DNA of 64,000 bases from an uncultured Planctomycetaceae bacterium (GTDB lineage: Bacteria; Planctomycetota; Planctomycetia; Pirellulales; PALSA-1355), in the NCBI GenBank assembly GCA_964598535.1, contig CAZRCI010000015.1:31098-95097 (forward strand), read 5' to 3'. Made by a program: the position numbers and the translations under genes. The notes beneath the pieces were generated by a model. The model was not told where the DNA came from. It made no database searches and saw only the letters and a program-made list of their open reading frames with translations. This document shows, in pieces, positions 1 to 9,268 of the stretch (the stretch's first letter is position 1; every line of letters starts with the position of its first letter).

Positions 1-938
1 TGACCAACCGCGTCGATGTCCATCTTGCCGAAGATTTTGTCGAACTGCAGCTTGTAACCCTCGACGCCTTGCAAGCAGAGCACGCAGGCATCGTGCGTGT
101 TGCCCATTTCGATCGGGTTGGCGATGGGGCCCACGGCCTGATCTTCGAGCGAGTCGGCGCGACCATCCCAAAACTGTTTGTCGCTTAGGATGCGGTTGTA
201 GCTCACCGGCGAGTTGCGACCGCCGGTTTGATCCTTGATGCCGACGCCAAACTGCGTATATCTGGCGAAGCCTTCATCCGGATCGTGGCACGAAGCACAA
301 CTGATCGAGAAGTCGGCCGAGAGCCGCGGATCGAAATAGAGTTGGCGGCCCAATTCGATCTTTGCCCGGGTCAGCGGGTTTTTGTCGATGCCCTTGATCT
401 CGGTTGCGCCCTTCGAGAGCCCGAACGGAAGCTCGAAATCGAGCGGCTCATGATTCTGAGGGTCGTCAAGCCAGGCCTTGATCTGGTCGAGCGTCACCTT
501 GTCGCCTTCACCGGGGATGCCAGCAAAGAGCTCCGCGGCGCCGAGCACGATTTTCTTGCTCGTGGCCGGCTCGGGTTGGGCCTCGGCCGGAGCGGCAGCC
601 TCGGCCGGCTTTTCTTCGGGCATGGGTTCCGGCTCAGCGGGTTCTTCCGGAGCAGGTTCCGCAGGCTTTTCGGGCTCCGAGGCCGCGGGCTCGGGCATCG
701 GAGGCGCCTCGGTCGTTTCGGCCGGCATTTCCGCGTCCGCTTTTTCCTCGTTCGCAGTCTCGTCCGCCGGGGGGGCGGTTGCTTCAATGACAACCGACTC
801 TTCTTCGACCACAGCGGCCGGTTCGGTCGAGTTCGCCACCGGCTCCGTTGGCTTTTTCGGTTGGGCACATCCGTTGGCCATCAATAAACCGGCCAGCAAC
901 AGCCCGTGTAGGCCCAGTGATGGGGAACGAAGTTTCAT
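1..938 (-). CDS. Di-haem cytochrome c peroxidase (CCP/MauG family), probable lipoprotein; 3' end cut by window edge
   Basis: Absent from the ORF track because it runs off the window. Reverse-strand ATG at 936-938 gives MKLRSPSLGLHGLLLAGLLMANGC (lipobox-like), then a Pro/Glu/Ala-rich linker. The core follows: FDPRLSADFSISCASCHDPDEGF...GGRNSPVSYN...QFWDGRADSLEDQAVGPIANPIEMG, i.e. a CXXCH haem site and the conserved CCP core. Confidence 0.8.
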   Translation of the reverse strand, partial: MKLRSPSLGLHGLLLAGLLMANGCAQPKKPTEPVANSTEPAAVVEEESVVIEATAPPADETANEEKADAEMPAETTEAPPMPEPAASEPEKPAEPAPEEPAEPEPMPEEKPAEAAAPAEAQPEPATSKKIVLGAAELFAGIPGEGDKVTLDQIKAWLDDPQNHEPLDFELPFGLSKGATEIKGIDKNPLTRAKIELGRQLYFDPRLSADFSISCASCHDPDEGFARYTQFGVGIKDQTGGRNSPVSYNRILSDKQFWDGRADSLEDQAVGPIANPIEMGNTHDACVLCLQGVEGYKLQFDKIFGKMDIDAVG

Positions 939-944
939 GATGCA

Positions 945-1709
945 TTATCTCCTGTGCTTGCCCTTTTCCGCCGCATCGACCGGCGGGGTCAATTCGGTGC
1001 TCGGCAAGAAAATCTTGTCATACAGAATCGCCGCCAACACGCCACCGGCGGCAGGCCCCACAAAATACATCCAAACATAGTTCAGATCACCGAGAGCGAC
1101 GGCCGGCCCCAGGGTGCGGGCGGGATTCATGCTCGCGCCCGTCAACGGACCGCCGAAGAGAATATCCATCGTCAGCACAAGGCCGATCGCAACGCCCGCC
1201 AGATTGCCATTGCGGCCATGAATTCCCGAGGCGAACACGGCCGACACCAGGAAGAAGGTCAAAATGCCCTCGAGCACGATAACCTTGATGGCGTTGGCCG
1301 ATTCCGACGCGTTGGCCACTCCAGGCGTCAAGGAGCCGATCGTCGCGCCGAGTCCCGAGTCTGGTCCCAAGAACCATTGCAAGGTATAAGCCGCCACGAC
1401 CGCGCCCACGCATTGGGCAATCCAATAGCTGATGGCTTTGGGGACCGAGATTCGGCCCGCGCTTAGCACGCCGAGCGTCACGGCCGGATTTACGTGGGCA
1501 CCGGAGATGCTGCCCCACGTATAGATAATGACCATGAGCGCCAGGCCATGAGCCAGGGCCACGGCTGTCAGGCCCGCACTGCCACCGTCGGCGATTGCTC
1601 CCGCACCAGCGCCAATAAAAACGAGTAGGAAAGTTCCAATGAGTTCCGCTGAAGCGGCCTTGGTATCCATTGCACGACAGTCCTCGCCGTAGGGATATTG
1701 AACGAGCAT
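945..1709 (-). CDS. Aquaporin / MIP-family channel
   Basis: Hydrophobic six-helix protein with both NPA boxes (HVNPAVTLG and SMNPARTLGP). The true start is probably the internal MDTKAASAELIGTF (ATG near 1670). Confidence 0.9.
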   Translation of the reverse strand: MLVQYPYGEDCRAMDTKAASAELIGTFLLVFIGAGAGAIADGGSAGLTAVALAHGLALMVIIYTWGSISGAHVNPAVTLGVLSAGRISVPKAISYWIAQCVGAVVAAYTLQWFLGPDSGLGATIGSLTPGVANASESANAIKVIVLEGILTFFLVSAVFASGIHGRNGNLAGVAIGLVLTMDILFGGPLTGASMNPARTLGPAVALGDLNYVWMYFVGPAAGGVLAAILYDKIFLPSTELTPPVDAAEKGKHRR

Positions 1710-1861
1710 AATTACGCTGGGGAGTTGAATATATCAATAATGATTATTGATTCAAGGGTTTACCGCGATGAAGGCGACCGGCTGGCATGGCGGGCGCCCG
1801 TGCCGCGTGTGCGGTTCCTTCAACGTGTCGTTCACAGGCGCCGCACTAGAATTGGCTTGAA

Positions 1862-3004
1862 ATGGCTGCCGCACTTCCAACTCCTCGATCCGCCTATATC
1901 CATGTGCCGTTCTGCCGACATCGTTGCGGCTATTGCAACTTCACGCTCGTCTCCGGGCGCGATGACCTGATTGCGGATTATCTGCGGGCGATTGACATCG
2001 AGCTGTCGTGGCTGGGCGCGCCGCGCGAAGTCGACACCTTGTTCTTTGGCGGCGGGACCCCCACGCACCTGCCTCTTCCGTCGCTGGAGAAACTCTTGCA
2101 GCTTACGCGGCGTTGGTTTCCGCTGGCGATTGGCGGCGAGATGAGTATCGAGGCGAATCCCGTGGATCTGACCGATGCAAAGCTCGCGTTGCTCGCCGAG
2201 TACGGGGTGAACCGCATCAGCCTGGGAGGGCAATCGTTTGACGCGGCAAAGCTCGCGACGCTCGAACGCGATCACGACGCGGCCTCGCTCGTAAAGGCGA
2301 TTCAAATGAGCCGGCGCTACATGCGGTCCGTTTCGCTGGACTTGATTTTCGGCGTGCCCGGCGAAACGCTGGACACCTGGCGGCGCGATCTTACCACGGC
2401 CATCGAGTTGCGACCGCAGCACGTATCGACCTATGGGCTAACCTTTGAGCGAGGCACGAACTACTGGAGCCGCATGCTTTCTGGTGAGCTGGCACGCCTC
2501 GACGAAGACTTGGAACGCGGCATGTACGCGCTGGCCATCGACATGCTTACCGCGGCAGGCTATCAGCACTATGAGGTTTCCAACTTCGCGCAACTGGGGC
2601 ACCATTGCCGACACAACGAAGCCTATTGGGCCGGCGATGGGTACTTTGCCGCGGGGCCCGGCGCGGCCCGCTACGTCGATGGCCGCCGAGAAATGAATCA
2701 TCGCAGCACGACGACGTATCTGAAGCGGGTGTTTGCCCAACAATCGCCAACCGCGGAGAGCGAGGCTTTGCCTCCGGAAGATCGTGCCCGAGAACTCCTG
2801 GTATTTGGCTTGCGACGCATCGCCGGCGTATGGCGGGAGGGGTTTGCCGAGCGATCAGGGTACAGCCTCGACGAGCTTATCGGGCCCCCGTTGGCGGCGA
2901 TGGTCGAGCACGGCTTGATGACCGACGACGGTCAGCGCGTGGCGCTGTCGCGAGCGGGGCTGTTCGTTTCCGACGCGATTTGGCCGCGGTTCTTGCGCCG
3001 CTGA
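1862..3004 (+). CDS. hemW: Radical SAM haem chaperone HemW / oxygen-independent coproporphyrinogen-III oxidase-like protein
   Basis: N-terminal HVPFCRHRCGYCNF (CX3CX2C radical-SAM cluster motif). At 380 aa with a HemN_C-like tail it fits HemW rather than HemN. Confidence 0.85.
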   Translation: MAAALPTPRSAYIHVPFCRHRCGYCNFTLVSGRDDLIADYLRAIDIELSWLGAPREVDTLFFGGGTPTHLPLPSLEKLLQLTRRWFPLAIGGEMSIEANPVDLTDAKLALLAEYGVNRISLGGQSFDAAKLATLERDHDAASLVKAIQMSRRYMRSVSLDLIFGVPGETLDTWRRDLTTAIELRPQHVSTYGLTFERGTNYWSRMLSGELARLDEDLERGMYALAIDMLTAAGYQHYEVSNFAQLGHHCRHNEAYWAGDGYFAAGPGAARYVDGRREMNHRSTTTYLKRVFAQQSPTAESEALPPEDRARELLVFGLRRIAGVWREGFAERSGYSLDELIGPPLAAMVEHGLMTDDGQRVALSRAGLFVSDAIWPRFLRR

Positions 3005-3021
3005 ACCGGTACGGCCCGCGG

Positions 3022-4275
3022 CTACTCACGTCGACGGTTCCAGGCATCTGGCAATTCGCGCCAGTGTTCGGTCAGCGTTTGAATCGCGTCGTCGATTGGC
3101 ACGGCTTGCCACCGCTGGCCGATCTGCCGCGCCAGGCGAAACTGCACGAGTTTTCCGAGAGCGTCCGCGATTTCGAAGTCGACCGGCTGGTCGACTTCTC
3201 GTTGTAGCCACCGCTCGATCCGTGCATCGAGTTCTTGCGCCGTTAGGCCTTCAACAGGTACGTCGTGCCAGAGGAAAAAGTATGCGAGCATGATCTCGCG
3301 ATTCTCCTGCTCGGCCGCTTCGTCGAGTAGCCTGTGAATCACGCCGGCGTTGTTATCGATATTCTGGTAATACAGGCTTTGCGTCAGGTTGAGCTGGTAT
3401 TTCTGCCGCGTGTTGAGATAGCCATATAACGAGCGCACGCCATAACCCACGGTTCCGCCAACCAGGCCAAGAAACGCCAACGTCGATCCAAACGCCACGG
3501 CCGTCGCCCAGATGACCTTGTAGATGACGATGCCGATGCCAGACAGCGTGGGCAGCGCCACGCGGGCGCGATCGAACAACGACATCTTCACTTGCGATCC
3601 TGGCAGCAGCATGTCGAGATCGAGCTTCGGAATGTCCTTGAAGAGCTTGAGATAGACGTCGTCGGTATCGAGCAGCATGGAGTATTTCTGCCCGAGACGA
3701 AGATGAAAGATGATTACCAATCGCTGGTAGATCGGCAGCTCGACAGCCTCGCTGCGCAAGCGCTTGCGCCAGGCGCGCCGATAGCGTGTGCCGATGCTGT
3801 CGCCTCGATAATAGAGCTCGAGTCGATCGAACAACGTGAAGTCCACGGTCAGGTGCAGCCCCCAGTGGCTGCGGTCTTCGAGCGCGGCATCGATCTCCGC
3901 TTCGGCCAGACGGTGGAAGTTGGCCCGCGCGAGCAACCGCCCGAATCGCTCGAACAGCAGTTCGCGCTGTAGTTCGAGTTGCTCGGCGGCAAGCGGGCGG
4001 CCGGGCTTGGTGTCGGCGTCCGGATCGAAAGGCGCGTAGGCGTCCTTGAGCTCCTCGAGGGTGACCGTTAGATGGCAGTGAACCAGCGCATGGAGCAGCC
4101 GGCAGAAGCGGCCAAATGCCGCCCGGCCGCTGGCTGACAATCCGGGCTGGCGGCATAGCGCCTGGGCAAGATCCTGCTTACGAAGCGGGATGAACGCTTC
4201 GGGAGCGGAGGCATCGTCGCCGGAGTTCGGGATGTTCGCGGGCTCGGAAGAACCGGAGTTATCCAACGTCGCCAT
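3022..4275 (-). CDS. Membrane protein of unknown function (possibly DUF3754/TMEM143-like)
   Basis: 417-aa ORF with GC3-rich codons and an acidic N-terminus. Two adjacent hydrophobic helices follow (LPTLSGIGIVIYKVIWATAVAFGSTLAFLGLVGGTVGYGV). The family name is from memory only. Confidence 0.6.
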   Translation of the reverse strand: MATLDNSGSSEPANIPNSGDDASAPEAFIPLRKQDLAQALCRQPGLSASGRAAFGRFCRLLHALVHCHLTVTLEELKDAYAPFDPDADTKPGRPLAAEQLELQRELLFERFGRLLARANFHRLAEAEIDAALEDRSHWGLHLTVDFTLFDRLELYYRGDSIGTRYRRAWRKRLRSEAVELPIYQRLVIIFHLRLGQKYSMLLDTDDVYLKLFKDIPKLDLDMLLPGSQVKMSLFDRARVALPTLSGIGIVIYKVIWATAVAFGSTLAFLGLVGGTVGYGVRSLYGYLNTRQKYQLNLTQSLYYQNIDNNAGVIHRLLDEAAEQENREIMLAYFFLWHDVPVEGLTAQELDARIERWLQREVDQPVDFEIADALGKLVQFRLARQIGQRWQAVPIDDAIQTLTEHWRELPDAWNRRRE

Positions 4276-4352
4276 CTGCCGTTCGGTCTTAAAGTCTGGG
4301 GGCTACAGCGATTGTAGCCCCCGGAGATGCGTGCCGACACCACGAAGTTTGG

Positions 4353-5225
4353 GTGCCGGGAGCGCAATTGGCTTCCGGCTTGCTTATGATGAACCTCGTG
4401 ATGCGGAGCAGATTGGATTTGCAGTCCGTGTGTCGCCTTGGCCCCCGTACGACCAGCGAGGCAACAACTCCGATGTCGTGTGATTGTGATTTTGTAGTCC
4501 CTCGTTTTCGCGGCTGGAGCCTGGCGGTTCTCGTCTTATTGTTCGTGGTTGCGGCGAGGCTATCGGCGCAAGAAGCCTTGGACGGCGACGCTCAACCGCC
4601 TGCGCCGCGCCGCTACCTGGGACGTGAAATTGCCCAGACGATGCATTACCAGGGAGCGCCCTGGCTGATGCGTGAATCGCGCGAGCGAGAAGAAGACTGC
4701 CAGACGTTGCTGGCCGCGCTGAAGATTGAGCCCGGGCAGACCGTGTGTGACATGGGGTGCGGCAACGGATTTTACACGCTGCCACTGGCTCGGCTGGTTG
4801 GCGAGCAGGGCAAGGTGTTGGCCGTCGACATTCAGCCGGAGATGCTGAGGCTGCTGCACGAACGAGCCAAGGACGAAGGCATCGCGAACATCGAACTAGT
4901 CGTGGGCGTGCAAACCGATCCGCGGCTGGAGCCGAACAGTCTCGATATGATCTTGATGGTGGACGTGTATCACGAGTTCTCGCATCCGCGACAGATGCTC
5001 GAGGCGATGCGGAAAGCGTTGAAGCCGAACGGGCGGATTGCGCTGGCCGAGTTTCGACTGGAAGATCGGAACGTGCCGATCAAGCGGCTTCACAAGATGA
5101 GCAAGAAGCAGATCCTGCGCGAGTATGAGGCAAACGGTTTCCGACTCGTGGAGGCGTTCGACAAGCTGCCCTGGCAGCATCTGATGTTTTTTGAGCGTGC
5201 GGAGGGCTTTCAGCAGGCGCCTTAA
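4353..5225 (+). CDS. Class I SAM-dependent methyltransferase with N-terminal membrane anchor/signal
   Basis: Motif I VCDMGCGNGFYTLPLA and a later ILMVDVYHEF. Hydrophobic segment WSLAVLVLLFVVAARLSA. The start may be the internal ATG at 4473 (MSCDCDF). Confidence 0.8.
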   Translation: MPGAQLASGLLMMNLVMRSRLDLQSVCRLGPRTTSEATTPMSCDCDFVVPRFRGWSLAVLVLLFVVAARLSAQEALDGDAQPPAPRRYLGREIAQTMHYQGAPWLMRESREREEDCQTLLAALKIEPGQTVCDMGCGNGFYTLPLARLVGEQGKVLAVDIQPEMLRLLHERAKDEGIANIELVVGVQTDPRLEPNSLDMILMVDVYHEFSHPRQMLEAMRKALKPNGRIALAEFRLEDRNVPIKRLHKMSKKQILREYEANGFRLVEAFDKLPWQHLMFFERAEGFQQAP

Positions 5226-5356
5226 GCTGGCAATGATTGCGTTCGTAACTCGTGTTCCCCTGGATGCTTAAAGTCGATACAGTACCGCCCGCTCGGCATG
5301 GCCTGGGAATAAGTTTACTGATTTCTGCAGAAAATATGCGGGTGTATGCAATCGAG

Positions 5357-5372
5357 TGGCGCTGAAGTTGCA
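5357..5372 (+). promoter_or_regulatory. Candidate sigma-54 (-24/-12) promoter
   Basis: TGGCGC-TGAAG-TTGCA matches TGGCAC-N5-TTGCW with one mismatch and exact spacing. It lies about 195 nt upstream of the sigma-54 activator gene on the same strand. Confidence 0.45.
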
Positions 5373-5565
5373 ACGCTTCTGGACCCTAACTAGAATGAGA
5401 TTCGTTTCAGGGAACAGACTCGCAGCTAAGTCATTGACGGGCCAAGAGTTGCTAATGAAGAGGACAGCGTTGTTGCAGTTGGTCGTTCGGGCGACAAGCT
5501 GAACAACGAATCATCGGATCGGTGTCGCGGGCAAGCGTCATTGGTCCCAAGGGTGCTGACACGAC

Positions 5566-6594
5566 ATGGCTACTAATTCGTCGATATTTCCCGGTATCGA
5601 CTCGGCTGCGCGCAGCTTAGCGCAGGCCGATTGGGTTCTCGGCCAAAATCTTGCTGTGCGCCAGATCGCACGTCATGCCGAGCGCGCCGCGCAGGCCGAT
5701 TGTACCGTTTTGGTCTCTGGTGAGACAGGCACCGGCAAAGAGTTGTGGGGCCGGCTTATTCATGAGCGCGGTCCACGTGCCGGTAAACCGTACATTCCTG
5801 TGAACTGCGCCGCGCTAACCGTATCGCTGGCGGAGAGCCAGCTTTTCGGCCACGAGAAGGGCGCGTTTACCGGCGCCGCGGGCCGTTCGCTTGGCGTCTT
5901 CCGCGCGGCCGAAGGCGGCACGGTATTTCTTGACGAAGTCGGCGAAATGCCGCTCGAGCTGCAACCCAAGTTGTTGCGCGTACTGCAACAGCGCGAAGTA
6001 ACGCCGGTGGGATCCTCGCATCCGGTGCCAATCGATGTTCAGGTCGTCGCGGCAACGAACCGCAACCTCGAAGACGAAGTGGCCGAAGGTCGCTTCCGCG
6101 AGGATTTGTATTACCGCTTGAACATGGTCGAGCTGCGCGTGCCCGCGCTGCGCGATCGGGTTGAAGATATCCCCGAGTTTGTCGAGTTCTTTTCGCGTCA
6201 ATTCGCAAAGCGTTACAATCGTCCGCTGTGGCAGCCGGACGCCGAGACGCTCAGGCGTTTTTGCGAGTTTCCATGGCCCGGTAACGTGCGTCAACTGTCG
6301 CATGTGATCGAGCAATCGTATGTGCTCGATTGTGCACCGGTCTTGCCGCATGCCGAACCGCAGCAGCGAACCGACACGGCGCTGCCCTTCATGAACCTGA
6401 CCCGGCTGCGAAATGCGGCCGTGTATCAGGCCTTGGAAACCACACGCGGGCACAAAGGCCGGGCCGCCAAGTTGCTCGGCGTGCATGCCAACACGCTCAC
6501 CCGCCTGCTAGCGCAGATGGAAACCGAGCAGCCTGGTTCCTCGACCGCTTGGCGCAAGGCCAGCAACCCGCGCCATCCGGCGAAGCCGCGCTAG
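5566..6594 (+). CDS. Sigma-54-dependent transcriptional activator (bacterial enhancer-binding protein), AAA+ plus HTH only
   Basis: Walker [15 protein letters not shown] loop ([11 protein letters not shown]), Walker B VFLDEVGE, and a C-terminal Fis-type HTH ([21 protein letters not shown]). There is no receiver or sensor domain ahead of the AAA+ core. Confidence 0.9.
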   Translation: MATNSSIFPGIDSAARSLAQADWVLGQNLAVRQIARHAERAAQADCTVLVSGETGTGKELWGRLIHERGPRAGKPYIPVNCAALTVSLAESQLFGHEKGAFTGAAGRSLGVFRAAEGGTVFLDEVGEMPLELQPKLLRVLQQREVTPVGSSHPVPIDVQVVAATNRNLEDEVAEGRFREDLYYRLNMVELRVPALRDRVEDIPEFVEFFSRQFAKRYNRPLWQPDAETLRRFCEFPWPGNVRQLSHVIEQSYVLDCAPVLPHAEPQQRTDTALPFMNLTRLRNAAVYQALETTRGHKGRAAKLLGVHANTLTRLLAQMETEQPGSSTAWRKASNPRHPAKPR

Positions 6595-6639
6595 CGGCGC
6601 TATTTTGATCAATCGTCCTATTGATCCATCTCACCGTGA

Positions 6640-6698
6640 TTAACGCGCCTGGCTCACGGCGCTTAACGCGCTTGGCTCGCGGTGCTTAACGCACCCAG
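6640..6698. repeat. Tandem 23-bp repeat, about 2.5 copies
   Basis: TTAACGCGCCTGGCTCACGGCGC / TTAACGCGCTTGGCTCGCGGTGC / TTAACGCACCCAG, read directly. It lies between the activator gene and the DinB-family gene. Confidence 0.7.
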
Positions 6699-6941
6699 TC
6701 GTCTGGCGAACGCCCTCGGTGCGGTTCGTGGGGCAGGGACGAGTGGTTTTGCAAGCATGCGCGATGAACGTCGCCGGTGGCTTCCTCAGATTTCTTCGAG
6801 CCCGCAATCGCTATCGCCGCGTCTATTCGCGGCGGCTTGAAACGGGGCTGTCGCACTCGTAAAACAAGTGGCGTTGCGAGCACGTTGCTTCAGGATGCCC
6901 GCGCCGCGGTTGAATCGGACTCGCTGTCAGGAGCTGTTGTC

Positions 6942-7430
6942 ATGCAAAACTTGCTGCTCACGCTGTACGACTTTCAGCTCGGCTACATCAAGCAACTCGT
7001 GAAGGATCTTGAGGATGCGGATTTGAACGTCCCGCCGTTTCCGGGGGCGAATCCGCCCGTTTGGATCCTGGGGCATCTGGCGGTTTGCACGGACTACGCC
7101 GCCCGACTGTTGGGTGAACGGCCTGCTTGTCCGAAGGAATGGCATCGGCAGTTCGCGCCGGGGACGAATCCGTCGGACATCGCGCAACCTTATCCGTCGC
7201 TCGTTGAGTTGGTGACAGCTATTGAAGCCGGACATCGTCGCGTTGCCGCCGCATTGCCCAACGCGGATCAGGCAGCGCTGGATCAACCACACGCGATTGA
7301 ACTGCTGAAGCGCAGCAACCTGAAAACGAACCGGGACGTGCTCGCGCACTTGATTACCACCCATCCGTCGTTTCACGTGGCTCAGCTCTCGGCGTGCCGC
7401 CGTAAAAAGGGGCATGGCCCGGTGGTGTAG
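6942..7430 (+). CDS. DinB-family protein
   Basis: AGGAG lies shortly upstream of ATG 6942, and the longer 6777 start lacks support. VWILGHLAV and ITTHPSFHVAQL fit the His-containing four-helix-bundle DinB pattern. Confidence 0.7.
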   Translation: MQNLLLTLYDFQLGYIKQLVKDLEDADLNVPPFPGANPPVWILGHLAVCTDYAARLLGERPACPKEWHRQFAPGTNPSDIAQPYPSLVELVTAIEAGHRRVAAALPNADQAALDQPHAIELLKRSNLKTNRDVLAHLITTHPSFHVAQLSACRRKKGHGPVV

Positions 7431-7502
7431 GGCGATGCAGCGTCGAGGGTAATAGCCCGAAAATCCGCTGGGTAGCCGAAGAGGCGTGTTGATCGGGATT
7501 GG

Positions 7503-8009
7503 TCAATCTTGGGAACGTCGGCAGCCAAGTTCCGCGGGTGCGAGGAAGTATCGTAACTCGCCGGCGCCCGGGACGATCTCGGCTTGAAAGTCGATGCGTG
7601 CCACCGCGGCTTTGCGGAACGCCAGCGCGCTGGCTTGCGCCCCCATCAGAGCAGAGGCCAGGCGGTCGACATCCGGGGCGTGCCCGACCCAGGCCAGATG
7701 CTCATGAGATTGGCGGTTCGACCACGCGATGAGAGCCGCCAGATCGCTGCCCGGCTGAAGGGCCGCAAGTTCTATTAGCGCCGGAGATTGGATCAGCTTG
7801 TCGCAAAGGATTTCCGCGGTTTGGCGGCATCGCACCAGCGGGCTGGTGGCCACCATGTCGAGTTGCAGCCCTCGCGCGGCGAGCTTTTTGATCATCTTGC
7901 GAAATTGTTTGACGCCGGCGGGAGTTAACGGACGAAGCGAGTCGTCGGGATAGCGCGGATCGCCATGCTGGCCGGCGTAAGCGTGGCGGACAATATAGAC
8001 GGAAGTCAT
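7503..8009 (-). CDS. sixA: Phosphohistidine phosphatase SixA-like (histidine phosphatase superfamily)
   Basis: MTSVYIVRHAYAG (RHG-type catalytic motif) and LAWVGHAPD. About 168 aa from the internal ATG at 8009; the 8084 start adds an implausible leader. Confidence 0.7.
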   Translation of the reverse strand: MTSVYIVRHAYAGQHGDPRYPDDSLRPLTPAGVKQFRKMIKKLAARGLQLDMVATSPLVRCRQTAEILCDKLIQSPALIELAALQPGSDLAALIAWSNRQSHEHLAWVGHAPDVDRLASALMGAQASALAFRKAAVARIDFQAEIVPGAGELRYFLAPAELGCRRSQD

Positions 8010-8058
8010 GAACGTGCGCGGCCAGATGAAGGTGTCTTTGGAAACATGAAGTGGACGA

Positions 8059-9027
8059 TCAGCGATCGCGCCACAAAACGGCATTTGAGATTCCCAGATC
8101 GTGGCGAGCTCCCTCGATGGCGTTCATGAACCGGCGGGCGTCGCCAGGATAGCCAGCCGTGGGCGCGAGGTTGGGAACTCGCCCGCACCAGAAATCGTTG
8201 AATGCCCGCATGGCTAACTCGCGAAGATATTTCGAGGTCATCGACGCGAGCGCGGTCGGCAGGAACGATTCGCCGCGCATCCGAAACCGGATATCCACGC
8301 GAGCCTGCGGCGGTCCGAAGTGATAGATGCTTTCGGCCATGCCCTCGCCACGAACCTCCACCAGATGGTCGGGAAACTGGCGTTGGAGCAGCCGGCTGTA
8401 TTGATTGCGGCCTCCGTGTTTGTCGCATACGATCAGCACCGAGTCGTCGTGACAGGATTCGAGCACTTCGGCCAGCAGCGACAGCGTCGTGTGGGAGAGC
8501 AATTCTGATTTGTTGCCGAGCTCCGTCGCGCCGCGATTGAACTCGTCTGGAAAGACCGCTCGACTGCGAACGCCGAGCAGCTTTACGCCGGATCGTTCGA
8601 GACCACGCCGCGTGCGGGCGACGAGCCTGGCGACATCCTCGGCATCGGCGGCGAGCGGCAAGGAGATGGCGTAGTTCACGTGCCAGGGGACGGCATGCAA
8701 ACCGTTGGCCGCCCGAGGGTCGAGCAATCGCCAGATGTCCAGCCAATCGGCCGGGCAGCGATCGACCAGCGCAAGCGCCGCCAATACGCCGCGTTCCAGC
8801 GTTCCGATCCCCACCGCGGAATTGTAAAGCTGCTTGGAATCGGCAATGGCCCATTTGGGAGAACACGTGCCGCGGCGGGGAGCCGACTTGCAGACCACGG
8901 TGCGGAGATGACGGTAAAGATCCGTTTGCCAGTGAGCTTCGTCGACCCACCAAACGGACGCCGAGATTACCAGCGGGCCCAGATTAGGAGCATATCCGGC
9001 TTCGTCGGCGCCAATGAGATAGGGCAT
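8059..9027 (-). CDS. RNase HII-like (RNase H fold) protein, divergent
   Basis: From ATG 9027: MPYLIGADEAGYAPNLGPLVISASVWW resembles the DEAGRGP-LGP-V metal-binding motif of RNase HII/H2. The 446-aa ORF-track version overlaps the divergent gene at 9269 and is rejected. Confidence 0.5.
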   Translation of the reverse strand: MPYLIGADEAGYAPNLGPLVISASVWWVDEAHWQTDLYRHLRTVVCKSAPRRGTCSPKWAIADSKQLYNSAVGIGTLERGVLAALALVDRCPADWLDIWRLLDPRAANGLHAVPWHVNYAISLPLAADAEDVARLVARTRRGLERSGVKLLGVRSRAVFPDEFNRGATELGNKSELLSHTTLSLLAEVLESCHDDSVLIVCDKHGGRNQYSRLLQRQFPDHLVEVRGEGMAESIYHFGPPQARVDIRFRMRGESFLPTALASMTSKYLRELAMRAFNDFWCGRVPNLAPTAGYPGDARRFMNAIEGARHDLGISNAVLWRDR

Positions 9028-9268
9028 GGTTCCGTCCTTCGGGGGCGTGGGCAACGCCGCGGGGCAACGTCGCGACGTGATCCGCCAGGCAGTATACCAA
9101 TCGCTCGAGATTTCCGGCAAATCGTCGGAAAACAAACGATCCTCCCGAGCGAAATCGCCGGGGGGGAATGTCGATGGGTGGTGCGATTTTGCCGGGTGCC
9201 GACCGACCCGCGGGCGTGATAAAATACGTGGGTCTGAGACATCTTGAATTCGATCCGCGGGAGCAGGA

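Noticed and set aside
228-1080. ORFs 228-887(+), 478-1080(+) and 494-868(-), with Arg/Gly/Ser-rich translations
   Set aside because: These are shadow frames of the reverse-strand cytochrome c peroxidase gene. Their composition is repetitive junk typical of off-frame GC-rich DNA.
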